The notes under the pieces: generated by a model
Seen by the model: the letters and a program-made list of their open reading frames with translations, nothing else
The model's database searches: none
What the model was told of the DNA's origin: nothing
Part shown: positions 13,660-22,915 of the stretch, one piece after another
Layout of the letters: every line of letters starts with the position of its first letter
Position numbering within the stretch: the stretch's first letter is position 1
DNA from: an uncultured Acidobacteriota bacterium
Lineage (GTDB): Bacteria; Acidobacteriota; Thermoanaerobaculia; UBA5066; DATFVB01
Assembly: GCA_963813155.1 (NCBI GenBank)
Contig: CAWEYG010000005.1
Location: 75,524 to 139,523, forward strand
Direction: 5' to 3'
DNA length: 64,000 nucleotides
Made by a program: the position numbers and the translations under genes

Positions 13660-15793
13660 GCGCCTTCAGCCCCCCGATTTCCCTGAACAGAAACGCGAGG
13701 ATGTCGGAAGACTCCTCGATCTGCTTCGAGACGGACGTTTCGCTCCCCGTGTCGCCGCCTCCCCCGTGGCCCGCCTGCGTCTCGATCCGGATGAGGATCG
13801 GGGCGGTGCCGGCCTGAGCGGCCTGCAGCGTCGCCGCGTACTTGAACGAGTGCCCCGGCACGACGCGGTCGTCGTGGTCGGCCGTCGTGATCAGCACGGG
13901 CGGGTAGTGCGTGCCCTTTTTGATGTTGTGAAGCGGGGAGTAGCGAATCAACCAGGCGAACTGGTCCGGCTTGTCCGATCGCCCGTAGTCCGAAGCCCAC
14001 GCCCAACCGATCGTGAACAGGTGGTAGCGAAGCATGTCCATGACGCCGACCTGGGGCACCGCGGCGCCGAAGAGTTCCGGGTGCTGGTTCAGAGTCGCCC
14101 CAACGAGCAATCCTCCGTTGCTGCGGCCGTTGATGGCCAGCCTCTTCGGGTTCGTGTACCCCTTTGCAATCAGCCACTTCGCGGCCCAGGCAAAGTCGTC
14201 GAAGACGTTCTGCTTGTTGCCAAGCATCCCGGCGCGGTGCCACTCCTCCCCGTATTCGGACCCTCCCCGCAGGCACGCGTGGGCAAACAGGCCCCCCATT
14301 TCGATCCACGCAAGCGCTCGCGCCGAGTAGGCGGGAGTCATCGCGAGGTCGAACCCGCCGTAGCCGAAAAGCAGCGTGGGAATGTCGCCGGTCTGCTTGA
14401 GCCCCTTTCTCGAGACGAGGAACATCGGGATTTTCGTCCCATCTTTGGACGGGTAGAAGACCTCGCGCGTTTCGAAGCGCGCCGGATCGAACGGGACTTT
14501 CGGTTCGCGGAAGACGGAACTCTTCCCGGTCTCGAAATCGTAGCGATAGATGCGCACCGGATAGGAAAACGAGACGAAGGAGTAGAACGTCTCCTTGTCG
14601 GAACGCTTCCCGAAGAATCCGCCCGCCGCGCCGAGCGCCGGCAACTCGATCTCCTTCTCGGGCTTTCCGTCGAGCGAAAAGAGACGCACTCGGCTTGCGG
14701 CGTCGACGAGATACTGCGCCACGATCCGCTCGCCCACGATCGAGACGCCCTCGAGCGACGCGGCGGCCTGGGGCACGACGTCGTGAAGCGCAGGCTCTGC
14801 CTGCCCGGGCGAGACGTCCACCGAGACGACCCGTCCTCGCGGCGCGTCCTTGTCGGTCTGGAAGTAGAACGTGGATCCGACATCGTCGAGGAACTGGTAC
14901 CGGGCGTCGTAGCGATCGAAGAGCTTGACGAAATCGGAGCCGGGCTTTTCCAGATCGCGGTAGTAGAGCCGGTTTCGGGGATCCGTGCCCTCGCGAACGG
15001 TGAGAATGAGCCAGCGGCCGCCGTCGGTGACATCAGCGGAAAAGAACCAATCGGGCTTGTCGGGGCGCGCGAAAACGGGCTCGTCCCGCGACTGGGGCGT
15101 GCCGAGGCGGTGGAACCAGACCTTCTGGTTCTTGACGACCGACTGCAGCTCGCGGCCGGCCGGGGGCTCGTCGTACCGGGAGTAGTAAAAACCCCGGTTA
15201 TCCGGCGCCCATGACGCGCCGGAGAACTTCACCCATTTCAGGAGGTCGTCGGTGTCCTTCCCCGTTTCGATGTTTCGAACCTTCCACTCGTTCCAGTCCG
15301 AGCCCGCGGCGGACGTGCCGTAGGCGAGAAGGTTGCCGTCGTGCGAGACGGCGTACCCGGCGAGCGACACCGTTCCGTTCGAGGAAAGCGCGTTCGGGTC
15401 CAACAGGACCCGAGGCGCGCCATCGAGGGAATCCTGGACGAGGAGAACGCTCTGGTTCTGAAGACCGCTGTTGCGCGTAAAGAAGTAGCGGCTCGCCTCC
15501 CGAAACGGCGGAGAGTTGCGCTCGTAATTCCACAGTCCCTCGAGGGCTGAGCGGATTCGCTCCCGGCCCGGAATTTTCGAGAAGAAGGATCTCGTGAGCC
15601 GGTTCTCTGCCTCGATCCAGGCGCGGGTCGCGGGGGAGTCCGGGTTCTCGAGCTCCCGGTAGGGGTCGGCGATCTTCGTCCCGTGGTACTCGTCGACCTG
15701 TCGCGTCTTCGGCGCCTTCGGATAACGGGCGACGGTCGCTGCTGCGAGGCTGAGAGCAATGAGCGAAATGAACGAAGGGATCCAAATTCGCAT
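13655..15793 (-). CDS. S9A family prolyl oligopeptidase (prolyl endopeptidase) with signal peptide
   Basis: MRIWIPSFISLIALSLAAATVA signal peptide, beta-propeller, and C-terminal catalytic domain carrying the GGSNGGLLV serine motif. Confidence 0.85.
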   Translation of the reverse strand: MRIWIPSFISLIALSLAAATVARYPKAPKTRQVDEYHGTKIADPYRELENPDSPATRAWIEAENRLTRSFFSKIPGRERIRSALEGLWNYERNSPPFREASRYFFTRNSGLQNQSVLLVQDSLDGAPRVLLDPNALSSNGTVSLAGYAVSHDGNLLAYGTSAAGSDWNEWKVRNIETGKDTDDLLKWVKFSGASWAPDNRGFYYSRYDEPPAGRELQSVVKNQKVWFHRLGTPQSRDEPVFARPDKPDWFFSADVTDGGRWLILTVREGTDPRNRLYYRDLEKPGSDFVKLFDRYDARYQFLDDVGSTFYFQTDKDAPRGRVVSVDVSPGQAEPALHDVVPQAAASLEGVSIVGERIVAQYLVDAASRVRLFSLDGKPEKEIELPALGAAGGFFGKRSDKETFYSFVSFSYPVRIYRYDFETGKSSVFREPKVPFDPARFETREVFYPSKDGTKIPMFLVSRKGLKQTGDIPTLLFGYGGFDLAMTPAYSARALAWIEMGGLFAHACLRGGSEYGEEWHRAGMLGNKQNVFDDFAWAAKWLIAKGYTNPKRLAINGRSNGGLLVGATLNQHPELFGAAVPQVGVMDMLRYHLFTIGWAWASDYGRSDKPDQFAWLIRYSPLHNIKKGTHYPPVLITTADHDDRVVPGHSFKYAATLQAAQAGTAPILIRIETQAGHGGGGDTGSETSVSKQIEESSDILAFLFREIGGLKAP

Positions 15794-15891
15794 CCTCGTC
15801 CTCCGCTCGAAACAGTAGCACGATGCGAACACGCCGCCGCGGTTGCCGCAATGGCTCTTGATTGCGTCGCGGCGCTTGGGATAATCGCGCG

Positions 15892-16344
15892 ATGTCGTTC
15901 GAGAGGCGCGGCGAAAACGGCTACCTCGTGAGCAGCGATCCCGCGAAGCTCGACCTCGGATTTGTCCATGGCTTCCTGGCGGCCTCGTACTGGGCGCGCT
16001 CGATTTCGCTCGAGGTCGTCGAAAGATCCGTCGCCGGATCGCTTTGCTTCGGCGTCTACGACGACGCGCGCCAGGTCGGATTCGGGCGCGTCATCACGGA
16101 CCGCGCGACGTTTGCCTACCTCGCCGACGTCTTCATCGTCGAATCTCACCGGGGGCGGGGTCTCGCGAAGCTGCTGATCGAGACGATCCTGTCCGCCCCC
16201 GACCTGCAGGGTCTGCGCCGAATTCAGCTCGTCACGCGGGACGCGCACGGCCTGTACGAGAAATTCGGCTTTCGCGCGCTCGAAAATCCAGGGCGCCACC
16301 TCGAAATCGTCCGGCCGCTTCTTTCCGAGAAAGAACCGGGTTGA
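15892..16344 (+). CDS. GNAT family N-acetyltransferase
   Basis: Acetyl-CoA motif ESHRGRGLAKLLIE; about 150 aa. An alternative start is ATG 15862. Confidence 0.75.
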   Translation: MSFERRGENGYLVSSDPAKLDLGFVHGFLAASYWARSISLEVVERSVAGSLCFGVYDDARQVGFGRVITDRATFAYLADVFIVESHRGRGLAKLLIETILSAPDLQGLRRIQLVTRDAHGLYEKFGFRALENPGRHLEIVRPLLSEKEPG

Positions 16345-17114
16345 CGGCCGCCCGGATCGCTGCAATTTTTGCGGCGGCTTTCTCCGGAGGCGTGATCGGT
16401 GCGTTGGCCGGCGGCGGAACGCTGATCACGTTTTCCGTCCTGGTCTTTCTGGGATATCCCGCGATCGTCGCAAACGCGACGGCCGCGGTCGGAATCATTC
16501 CGACGGGCGCGGCACAGGTCGTCGGCCATTGGACCGACGTGCGCGAACAACGGCACTGGCGCCGGGCCCTCGTTGTTCCGGGAGTCCTCGGGGGCGCGAT
16601 CGGTTCGATCCTTCTGATCGCGACGCCAGAACGCTCCTTTGAGAGACTCGCGCCGTTCCTCGTTTTGTTCGCGACCGGATTGTTCGTCTTGCAGGGTTTT
16701 CTTCCGGAAAGGTGGCAGATGCCCGGGACGGACCCGCGGTTCGCCCGGAGGCGCTTCCTTGTCGGAGGACTGCTCCTTTTCATCGTCGCGATCTACGAGG
16801 GGTACTTCGGCGCCGGCAGCGGGATCCTGATTCTCGCCATCCTCGGCTTCCTCGGCCTTTCGGACATCCACACGCGCAACGGGCTGAAGGGCTACTTCGT
16901 CGTCGCGATCGACGGAGTCGCGTCCGCGTATTTCCTCTATCGGGGCGCCGTGAACCTGAAAGCGGCGGGCATCATGGTCGTCGGCGCTTTCGCGGGCGGC
17001 TACGCTGGAGCCCGCTTCGCCCGCCGGATCGGGCGCGAGAAAGCGCGCGTGGCCGTCATCGTGATCGGGCTGATTCTCGGGGTCATTCTCCTCGCCCGCG
17101 GTCGCGGCATGTAG
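16341..17114 (+). CDS. Sulfite exporter TauE/SafE family membrane protein (start uncertain; TTG or GTG)
   Basis: Internal duplicated 4-TM repeats with gly-rich GGGTLITFSVLVF and GAGSGILILAILGF; ORF 16044-17114 overlaps the GNAT gene, so the start is placed after GNAT's stop. Confidence 0.6.
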   Translation: MTAARIAAIFAAAFSGGVIGALAGGGTLITFSVLVFLGYPAIVANATAAVGIIPTGAAQVVGHWTDVREQRHWRRALVVPGVLGGAIGSILLIATPERSFERLAPFLVLFATGLFVLQGFLPERWQMPGTDPRFARRRFLVGGLLLFIVAIYEGYFGAGSGILILAILGFLGLSDIHTRNGLKGYFVVAIDGVASAYFLYRGAVNLKAAGIMVVGAFAGGYAGARFARRIGREKARVAVIVIGLILGVILLARGRGM

Positions 17115-17165
17115 CGCCGCTGAGCCCCTCTTGAACTTCCCTGCCCGATCTTCGTTAATAGAGGC

Positions 17166-18092
17166 ATGGCGGCAACGGGCGGAGAGATGGCCATCGAGGC
17201 GCGCGGACTGCGGAAGGTCTACCGGTCGATCACCGCGCTGGACGGAATCGACCTGGAAGTCGCGCCGGGAGAGTTGTTTGGGCTCCTTGGACCCAACGGC
17301 GCGGGGAAGACGACGACCGTCAAGATCCTGCTCGGCCTGACAAGGCCGACTTCCGGAACCGCCTCGATCCACGGGATTCCGGTGTCCGATCCGGAGAGCC
17401 GGCGCCGGGTCGGGTACCTTCCCGAGGGGCACCGCTTTCCCGGATACCTGACTGCGCGAGAGACGCTCTCGATCTTCGGACGGATGTCGGGGGTGGATCC
17501 CTCGACGCTCGCGGAGAGGATCCCCGCGCTTCTCGCCCGCGTTCACCTGGAGAAGTGGGCGGGAGTGCGGGTCAAGAAGTTCTCCAAGGGGATGGTGCAG
17601 CGTTTGGGCCTGGCCGCCGCGCTGGTCCACGACCCGGATGTCCTGCTTCTCGACGAGCCGACCGACGGGGTCGATCCGGTCGGCCGGCGCGAAATTCGCG
17701 ACCTCCTCCTGGAAGAAGCGAGCCGGGGCCGGGCAGTGCTCGTCAATTCCCATCTCCTTTCCGAGATCGAGCTGACGTGCGGCCGGGTTGCGATCCTTCG
17801 CGAGGGAAAGATCGTCGCGCAGGGCACGATCTCGGAGTTGACGAAACGGCAGGAGAAATACCGGATGTCGGCAACCCCGATCGACGATTCGCTCCTCACG
17901 TCGTTCCGGGACACGGGCGCCGGCGTGGAACGGCAGAACGGGCATCTCGTGCTCGCGGTTCGCGACACCGACCACCTGAATGCGCTCGTCGACCGACTGC
18001 GGGAACGCGGCGGTCGGCTCACCGAGCTTTCCCCGGTTCGCTCGAGCCTCGAGGACGTGTTCGTCGGATTTTTCCAGGAGGGGCAAAAATGA
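17166..18092 (+). CDS. ABC transporter ATP-binding protein (ABC-2 exporter type)
   Basis: Walker A GPNGAGKTTT, signature LSKGMVQRLGLAAAL, Walker B LLLDEPTDGVD. Confidence 0.9.
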   Translation: MAATGGEMAIEARGLRKVYRSITALDGIDLEVAPGELFGLLGPNGAGKTTTVKILLGLTRPTSGTASIHGIPVSDPESRRRVGYLPEGHRFPGYLTARETLSIFGRMSGVDPSTLAERIPALLARVHLEKWAGVRVKKFSKGMVQRLGLAAALVHDPDVLLLDEPTDGVDPVGRREIRDLLLEEASRGRAVLVNSHLLSEIELTCGRVAILREGKIVAQGTISELTKRQEKYRMSATPIDDSLLTSFRDTGAGVERQNGHLVLAVRDTDHLNALVDRLRERGGRLTELSPVRSSLEDVFVGFFQEGQK

Positions 18093-18943
18093 GGCCGCTG
18101 CTCGCCAACATCGAAGAAGTGTTTCGGGAAGCGGCTGCGCGCTGGACGCTCGTCGCGTACTTCGTGCTCTCTTCGCTCTTCATTCTTCTGTTTGCCTTCG
18201 CGGTTAACCTCGACATCGTGAACGGCGCGCTCGCGGGAGCGCGCCTGTTCGGCCAGTCGGTGCAGATGGGGGGACAAGAAATCAGCCTCGACCGCCTCGT
18301 CATCGGCTTCGAGTCGGGCTTCTCCGCGTTCCTCTACGTCGTCGGCACGTTTCTGGCGGTCTTCGCGACCGCCCATCTGACACCGCGGCTCCAGGAAAAG
18401 GGCACGGTCGACCTGTACCTCTCGCGGCCGGTGGGCCGGGTGAGCCTGCTCGCGTCCCGTTACGTGGCGGGGCTCCTCCTCGCGGCCTCGAACATCGTCT
18501 ACCTGATCGGGTCGATCTGGCTGATCGTTCTCTGGAAGACGCACGTCGCGCACCCCCGATTTTTCGCGGCGGGAGCGGTGATTCTCTTCGCGATCGCCGT
18601 CCTTCTCGCATTCTCTTTTCTCATCGGCGTCGTGACCTCTTCAACGGGCGTTTCGATCATGGCCACCTACGGGCTCTTCTTCTTTTCGGCGATCCTCGCC
18701 GCGCACGAGAAGATCGAGGCCGCCGTTTCGCACGAATGGCAGGCGGCGGTCGTTCGAGGCCTGTACTGGATCCTGCCGAAGACTTCGGAGCTCGGGCGCT
18801 CCGCCATCGCCCTGGTCGGCGGCGGACACCTGCCGCGCGCCATCGGCCCGGCCCTTTCCATTGCTCCCTTTGCGACGACCGCCGCGTTCGGCCTCGCGTG
18901 CTTCGCGGCCGCTTCCTGGCTTTTCCAACGAAAGGATTTCTGA
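18089..18943 (+). CDS. ABC-2 family transporter permease
   Basis: Six TM segments; ATGA overlap with the ATPase; internal ATG of ORF 17555-18943. Confidence 0.8.
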   Translation: MRPLLANIEEVFREAAARWTLVAYFVLSSLFILLFAFAVNLDIVNGALAGARLFGQSVQMGGQEISLDRLVIGFESGFSAFLYVVGTFLAVFATAHLTPRLQEKGTVDLYLSRPVGRVSLLASRYVAGLLLAASNIVYLIGSIWLIVLWKTHVAHPRFFAAGAVILFAIAVLLAFSFLIGVVTSSTGVSIMATYGLFFFSAILAAHEKIEAAVSHEWQAAVVRGLYWILPKTSELGRSAIALVGGGHLPRAIGPALSIAPFATTAAFGLACFAAASWLFQRKDF

Positions 18944-19917
18944 TGAAAACCGCGCGTCTTCTCCTGTCGTGCCTGTCGATTTTCGCGTCGGCGGCCGTTC
19001 CGCTTTTTGGTGCGCCGGCCGCGCCGCAGAGCGGGTTGGCCCTCGTGCCTTCCGATTCGATCGCCGTTGCGGTCGTCAGCCTCGATCGGCTTCGATCGAG
19101 CGACCTCGCCCCTTCGCTCTTCCACGAGGCCGACGAGATCACCGTCGATGGAAAGGCCGCGGCGTTTCTGAAGGACGCCGGCCTCGATCCGAAACGCGAC
19201 GTCGACGTCGCGGTCTTCTCCCTTTGCGCCGGAGGCCGCGACGAGGCGCAGCCGCTCGTCGCGTTCGAGGGCAGGTTCGATCCGGCGTCGCTTTCCGCGG
19301 CGACCGCCTCGCGGGGCGGCACGCGGATCGACGGCGCAATTCCGTACTTTCGACTTCCCGCCTCCGCCGATTCCAAGGGACATCGGGGCGATCCGGGCGC
19401 CGTTGCGTTTCTCTCTTCGCGCGTCGTTCTCGCCGGAAGCGAGCCGGCGCTCCTGCACGCGCTCGATCTGTATTCGTCCGGCCGCTCCGGCCTCCCCTCG
19501 AAGGGCGCGCTCGGAGGGATGGTCGCGAAAGTCGATCCCGCGTCCTCGGCCTGGGTCGTCGTCGACGCCGCGCGGGCGCGCGAGTTGAAAGAAGCCTCCG
19601 CTTCGCACGAGTCGGCCGAGGGGCCGGCGGCGACGGTGTATTCCGCCCTGCGTTCCGTGTCCTGGGTCGTATTCCAGGCGAACCTTTCCTCCGGAGGAGT
19701 GGACGTGAAGGCGACGGGTCTCTCCTCCGACGAAGACGCCCGGCAGAACATCGAAGACGTGCTCAAGGGAATGATCGCGGCGTGGCGCATGGCGGTGCAA
19801 TCGAAGAGCCCCGAGCTCGTCTCCGCGCTCCGCAAGTTCACCGTGACGCGGGACAACCAGGGAGTCACGATCGCCGGGCGAATCCCGGCCGAGCTGTTCA
19901 AGACCGCGAAGCGGTAG
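18943..19917 (+). CDS. Secreted hypothetical protein coupled to the ABC-2 exporter (possibly DUF4340-like)
   Basis: Signal peptide MKTARLLLSCLSIFASAAVPLFGA; ATGA overlap with the permease. Confidence 0.6.
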   Translation: MKTARLLLSCLSIFASAAVPLFGAPAAPQSGLALVPSDSIAVAVVSLDRLRSSDLAPSLFHEADEITVDGKAAAFLKDAGLDPKRDVDVAVFSLCAGGRDEAQPLVAFEGRFDPASLSAATASRGGTRIDGAIPYFRLPASADSKGHRGDPGAVAFLSSRVVLAGSEPALLHALDLYSSGRSGLPSKGALGGMVAKVDPASSAWVVVDAARARELKEASASHESAEGPAATVYSALRSVSWVVFQANLSSGGVDVKATGLSSDEDARQNIEDVLKGMIAAWRMAVQSKSPELVSALRKFTVTRDNQGVTIAGRIPAELFKTAKR

Positions 19918-19948
19918 CCAGGGGCCGGGTCAACGCGCCGGCGCAATA

Positions 19949-20059
19949 AGGGCGGGTGGCGCGGGGCGAGACTCCCTTTTGCCGCTCGCGTCGCGGGTGT
20001 AGCAAAGTCCTCAGGCTCGCGGCGAGCGGAAAAGAGGAGCGAGTCCCGCGGCAGGACCC
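19949..20059 (+). repeat. Copy A of a ~110-nt structured intergenic repeat (3 copies in the window)
   Basis: GGGCGAGACTCCCTTTTGCCGCTCGCG...TAGCAAAGTCCTCAGGCTCGCGGCGAGCGGAAAAGAGGAGCGAGTCCCGCGGCAGGACCC; about 85-90% identical to 50230-50339 and to the reverse complement of 59953-60060. Confidence 0.8.
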
Positions 20060-20135
20060 GCTTGCCGGGCCGGCGTTGGGGTTGGACCGCTCTTCGGGCT
20101 GAGCGAGCTCGACGCCGGGCTAGAATCGCTCCGAG

Positions 20136-20816
20136 ATGGCCGACGTCTTCGAGGAACGCATCGCGCAGGAGGCGCACCTGTACGCGGACGTGTTTCTGCC
20201 GGACGGGGTCGCCCGCCCGCCGCTCGTGATCGCTCTCCACGGCTACGGCGGCGACAAGGTCTCGATGATGAAGCTCGCGCGCCGGATTTTCCGCGACGAG
20301 CTGGCGATCGCGAGCCTGCAGGGGCCGCATCCGCACGTGATCTACCCGAAGGATCGCTCTCAGCCTCTCGGGTTCGGGTTCGGCTGGGTGACGAACTTCC
20401 GGCCGGACGAGTCGATCGCTCTGCACCACGGAGCGGTCCTGGAGTTGCTGTCGCGCCTCGGCGCGCGCGGCGCGATCGATCCGGCTCGCGTTTTCCTGCT
20501 CGGCTTCTCCCAGTCGGTCGCCGTGAACTTTCGGTTCGCGTTCACCCATCCGGAGATCGTTGCCGGCGTCGTGGGGATCTGCGGCGGGATCCCGGGGGAC
20601 TGGGGTGCGGCGGACAAGTATCAAAGCGCGGCCTTCGACGTGCTCGTCGTCGGCGGAACCCGGGACGAGTTCTACCCGCCCGATCGGGTTCGCGCGAACG
20701 CGGAGAAGCTGCGCGAAAGGGCTCGCGCTGTCGAGACGCTGATTCTCGAGGCCGGCCACGAGATCCCGCCCGGATCACAGGAGCCGATCCGAGACTGGGT
20801 GACGCAGAGGCTCTGA
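20136..20816 (+). CDS. Alpha/beta hydrolase (phospholipase/carboxylesterase-dienelactone hydrolase family)
   Basis: PLVIALHGYGGD...LLGFSQS nucleophile elbow...GTRDEFYP...EAGHEI. Confidence 0.75.
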   Translation: MADVFEERIAQEAHLYADVFLPDGVARPPLVIALHGYGGDKVSMMKLARRIFRDELAIASLQGPHPHVIYPKDRSQPLGFGFGWVTNFRPDESIALHHGAVLELLSRLGARGAIDPARVFLLGFSQSVAVNFRFAFTHPEIVAGVVGICGGIPGDWGAADKYQSAAFDVLVVGGTRDEFYPPDRVRANAEKLRERARAVETLILEAGHEIPPGSQEPIRDWVTQRL

Positions 20817-21379
20817 TGGCGGCGCTTCTCTCCCATGCGGTCGCCGGCGCCGGAATCGCGGCGGCGCTCCGCCCGAGCGCGCGTCCCCCCGCTCGCTACT
20901 GGGCTCTCGCGGTCCTGTGCGCCGTCGTGCCGGACTTCGACATCGTCGTCGTGTGGATGGGCACGAACTACCTCGGGATGTTCGGCCACCGGGGTTTCAT
21001 GCACTCGATTTCCTTCGCCGCGGCCCTCGCGGCGGTGCTCTCGTACGGCGCGTTTTCGTCGCCGCGATGGCGGGAGCTGCGGTTCCGTGCCGGAATCGCG
21101 TTTTTCTGTCGCGGGCGTTTCGCATGGAATCCTCGACGCGATGATGAGCGCCGGAAGAGGAGTCGCGTTTTTCGCGCCGTTTTCCCCGTGCGCGTTTTCA
21201 TTTTCCGATCCGGCCGATTCGGGCATCTCCGCTGAGCAGACCACATCCTTCTTCGAGAGGGGGGAATCCGCGTTTCCGCGAGCGAAATCGCCTGGATCTG
21301 GGTGCCTGCCGTGCTGCTTTTCGTTCTGGCGGCCTGGTTCTGGAGGAGCCGCAAAATGAGAACTATCATCCCGGCATGA
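20816..21379 (+). pseudogene. DUF457 (YdjM-like) membrane-bound metal-dependent hydrolase, disrupted by at least 2 frameshifts
   Basis: Frame 2 GHRGFMHSISFAAALAAVLSYGAFSSPRW matches YdjM GHRGFTHSLL...VPEGW. Frame 0 VPESRFSVAGVSHGILDAMMSAGRGVAFFAPFS matches IPADALQGMVLGYLSHILADMLTPAGVPLLWP. The C-terminal TM helix EIAWIWVPAVLLFVLAAWFWRSRK is back in frame 2 and ends in an ATGA overlap with the next gene. Confidence 0.7.
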
Positions 21380-22915
21380 AAACCGCCGAGAAACCGAACC
21401 GCGTCGCTCCGCTCGAAATGGACCCCGAGGAGTTTCGCCGCCTCGGGCGGCGTGTCGTCGACCGCGTCGCCGATTTCCTCGCCTCGCTTCCCGAGCGACG
21501 GGTTACTCCCGGCGAGACGCCCCGGCAGCTTCGGAAGCTTCTCGGGGAAGGCCTCCCTGCCGCTGCGCGGAGCGAATGCCGAAGGATTGCTGGACGAGGC
21601 CGCGCAGCTTCTCATCGAACACTCGCTCTTCAACGGCCACGCCCGGTTCTGGGGCTACATCACTTCTTCGGCGGCGCCGATCGGAGCGCTCGCGGATCTC
21701 CTCGCTGCCGCCGTCAACCCGAACGTCGGCGCGTTCGGGCTCGCGCCGATCGCGACCGAGATCGAGCTTCAGACGATTCGCTGGATCGCGGAGATGATCG
21801 GTTTCCCGGCGGACTGTGGCGGCCTTCTCGTCTCGGGAGGCAACATGGCGAACTTCGTCGGCTTTCTCGCCGGCCGCCGCGCGAAGGCGCCGTGGGACAT
21901 CCGCGGATCGGGGAGCTCCGGCGGCCCGAAGATGTGCGCCTACGCGTCGGAAGAGACTCACACGTGGGTCAAGAAAGCGGCGGACCTCTTCGGCCTCGGG
22001 ACGGATTCTCTCCGGTGGATTCCCGTCGATTCCGGCTACCGGCTTCGCGTTGACGCCCTTCGAGCGGCGATCCGTGAAGACCGCGCCGCCGGATACGTCC
22101 CCTTCCTCGTGGTCGGGACGGCGGGGTCGGTTTCGACCGGCGCGATCGATCCGCTTCCGGAGATCGCCGCCGTCGCCTCCGAGGAGAACCTCTGGTTCCA
22201 CGTGGACGGCGCGTACGGCGGGCTGGCCGCGGTGCTTCCCGACGCGCCCGCCGCGCTGCGGGGCTTGTCGCTGGCCGACTCGGTCGCGGTCGACCCGCAC
22301 AAATGGCTCTACGCGCCCGTCGAAGCCGGATGCACGCTCGTGCGCGACAGGGCCGCCCTGGAGGACACGTTTGCCTATCGCCCCCCCTACTACCACTTCG
22401 AGGAAGAGGACGAGGCCGTGAACTTCTACGAGCGGGGGCCCCAGAACTCGCGGGGATTCCGCGCCCTGAAGGTCTGGCTCGGCCTTCGTCAGGCGGGGCG
22501 GGAAGGATACGAACGGATGATCGCCGACGACATCGCGCTCGCGCAGAGGCTCTTCGAGAAGGCGGCCGCGACCCCCGAGATCGAGACGTTCACGCGAGAC
22601 CTTTCGATCGCGACGTTCCGATTCGTGCCCGAGCGGCTTGCCGGAGCGGGGGCAGAGCACGGCGAATACCTCGATCAATTGAATACCGAGCTCCTCACGC
22701 GCCTCCAGAATGGCGGGGAAGCCTACGTCTCCAACGCCGTCCTCGGCGGGCGATTCGTGCTCCGCGCCTGCATCGTGAATTTCCGCACCCGATCGAGCGA
22801 TGTCGACGCGCTGCCGGATCTGGTGGTTCGGATCGGCCGCGAGGTCGACCGGGACCTCCGGGAGAAAGCGGAAGGCCGGCCCGGCATCCCCGAGGGAAGG
22901 AGAACGAATGGCTGA
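21376..22915 (+). pseudogene. Group II pyridoxal-dependent (aromatic-L-amino-acid/glutamate-type) decarboxylase with a +1 frameshift near 21547
   Basis: N-terminus MKTAEKPNRVAPLEMDPEEFRRLGRRVVDRVADFLASLPERRVTPGETPRQLRKLLGEG in frame 1; the rest (LPLRGANAEGLLDEAAQLLIEHSLFNGHARFWGY...DPHKWLYAPVEAGC...) in frame 2. Removing one G from the GGGG run at 21544-21547 restores a single ~510-aa ORF. Confidence 0.8.

Noticed and set aside
19975-20035. The repeat's long hairpin as a Rho-independent terminator
   Set aside because: The U-tract (CCCUUUUG) precedes rather than follows the stem on either strand, so it does not have terminator geometry. Two copies sit in 5' regions rather than 3' ends.
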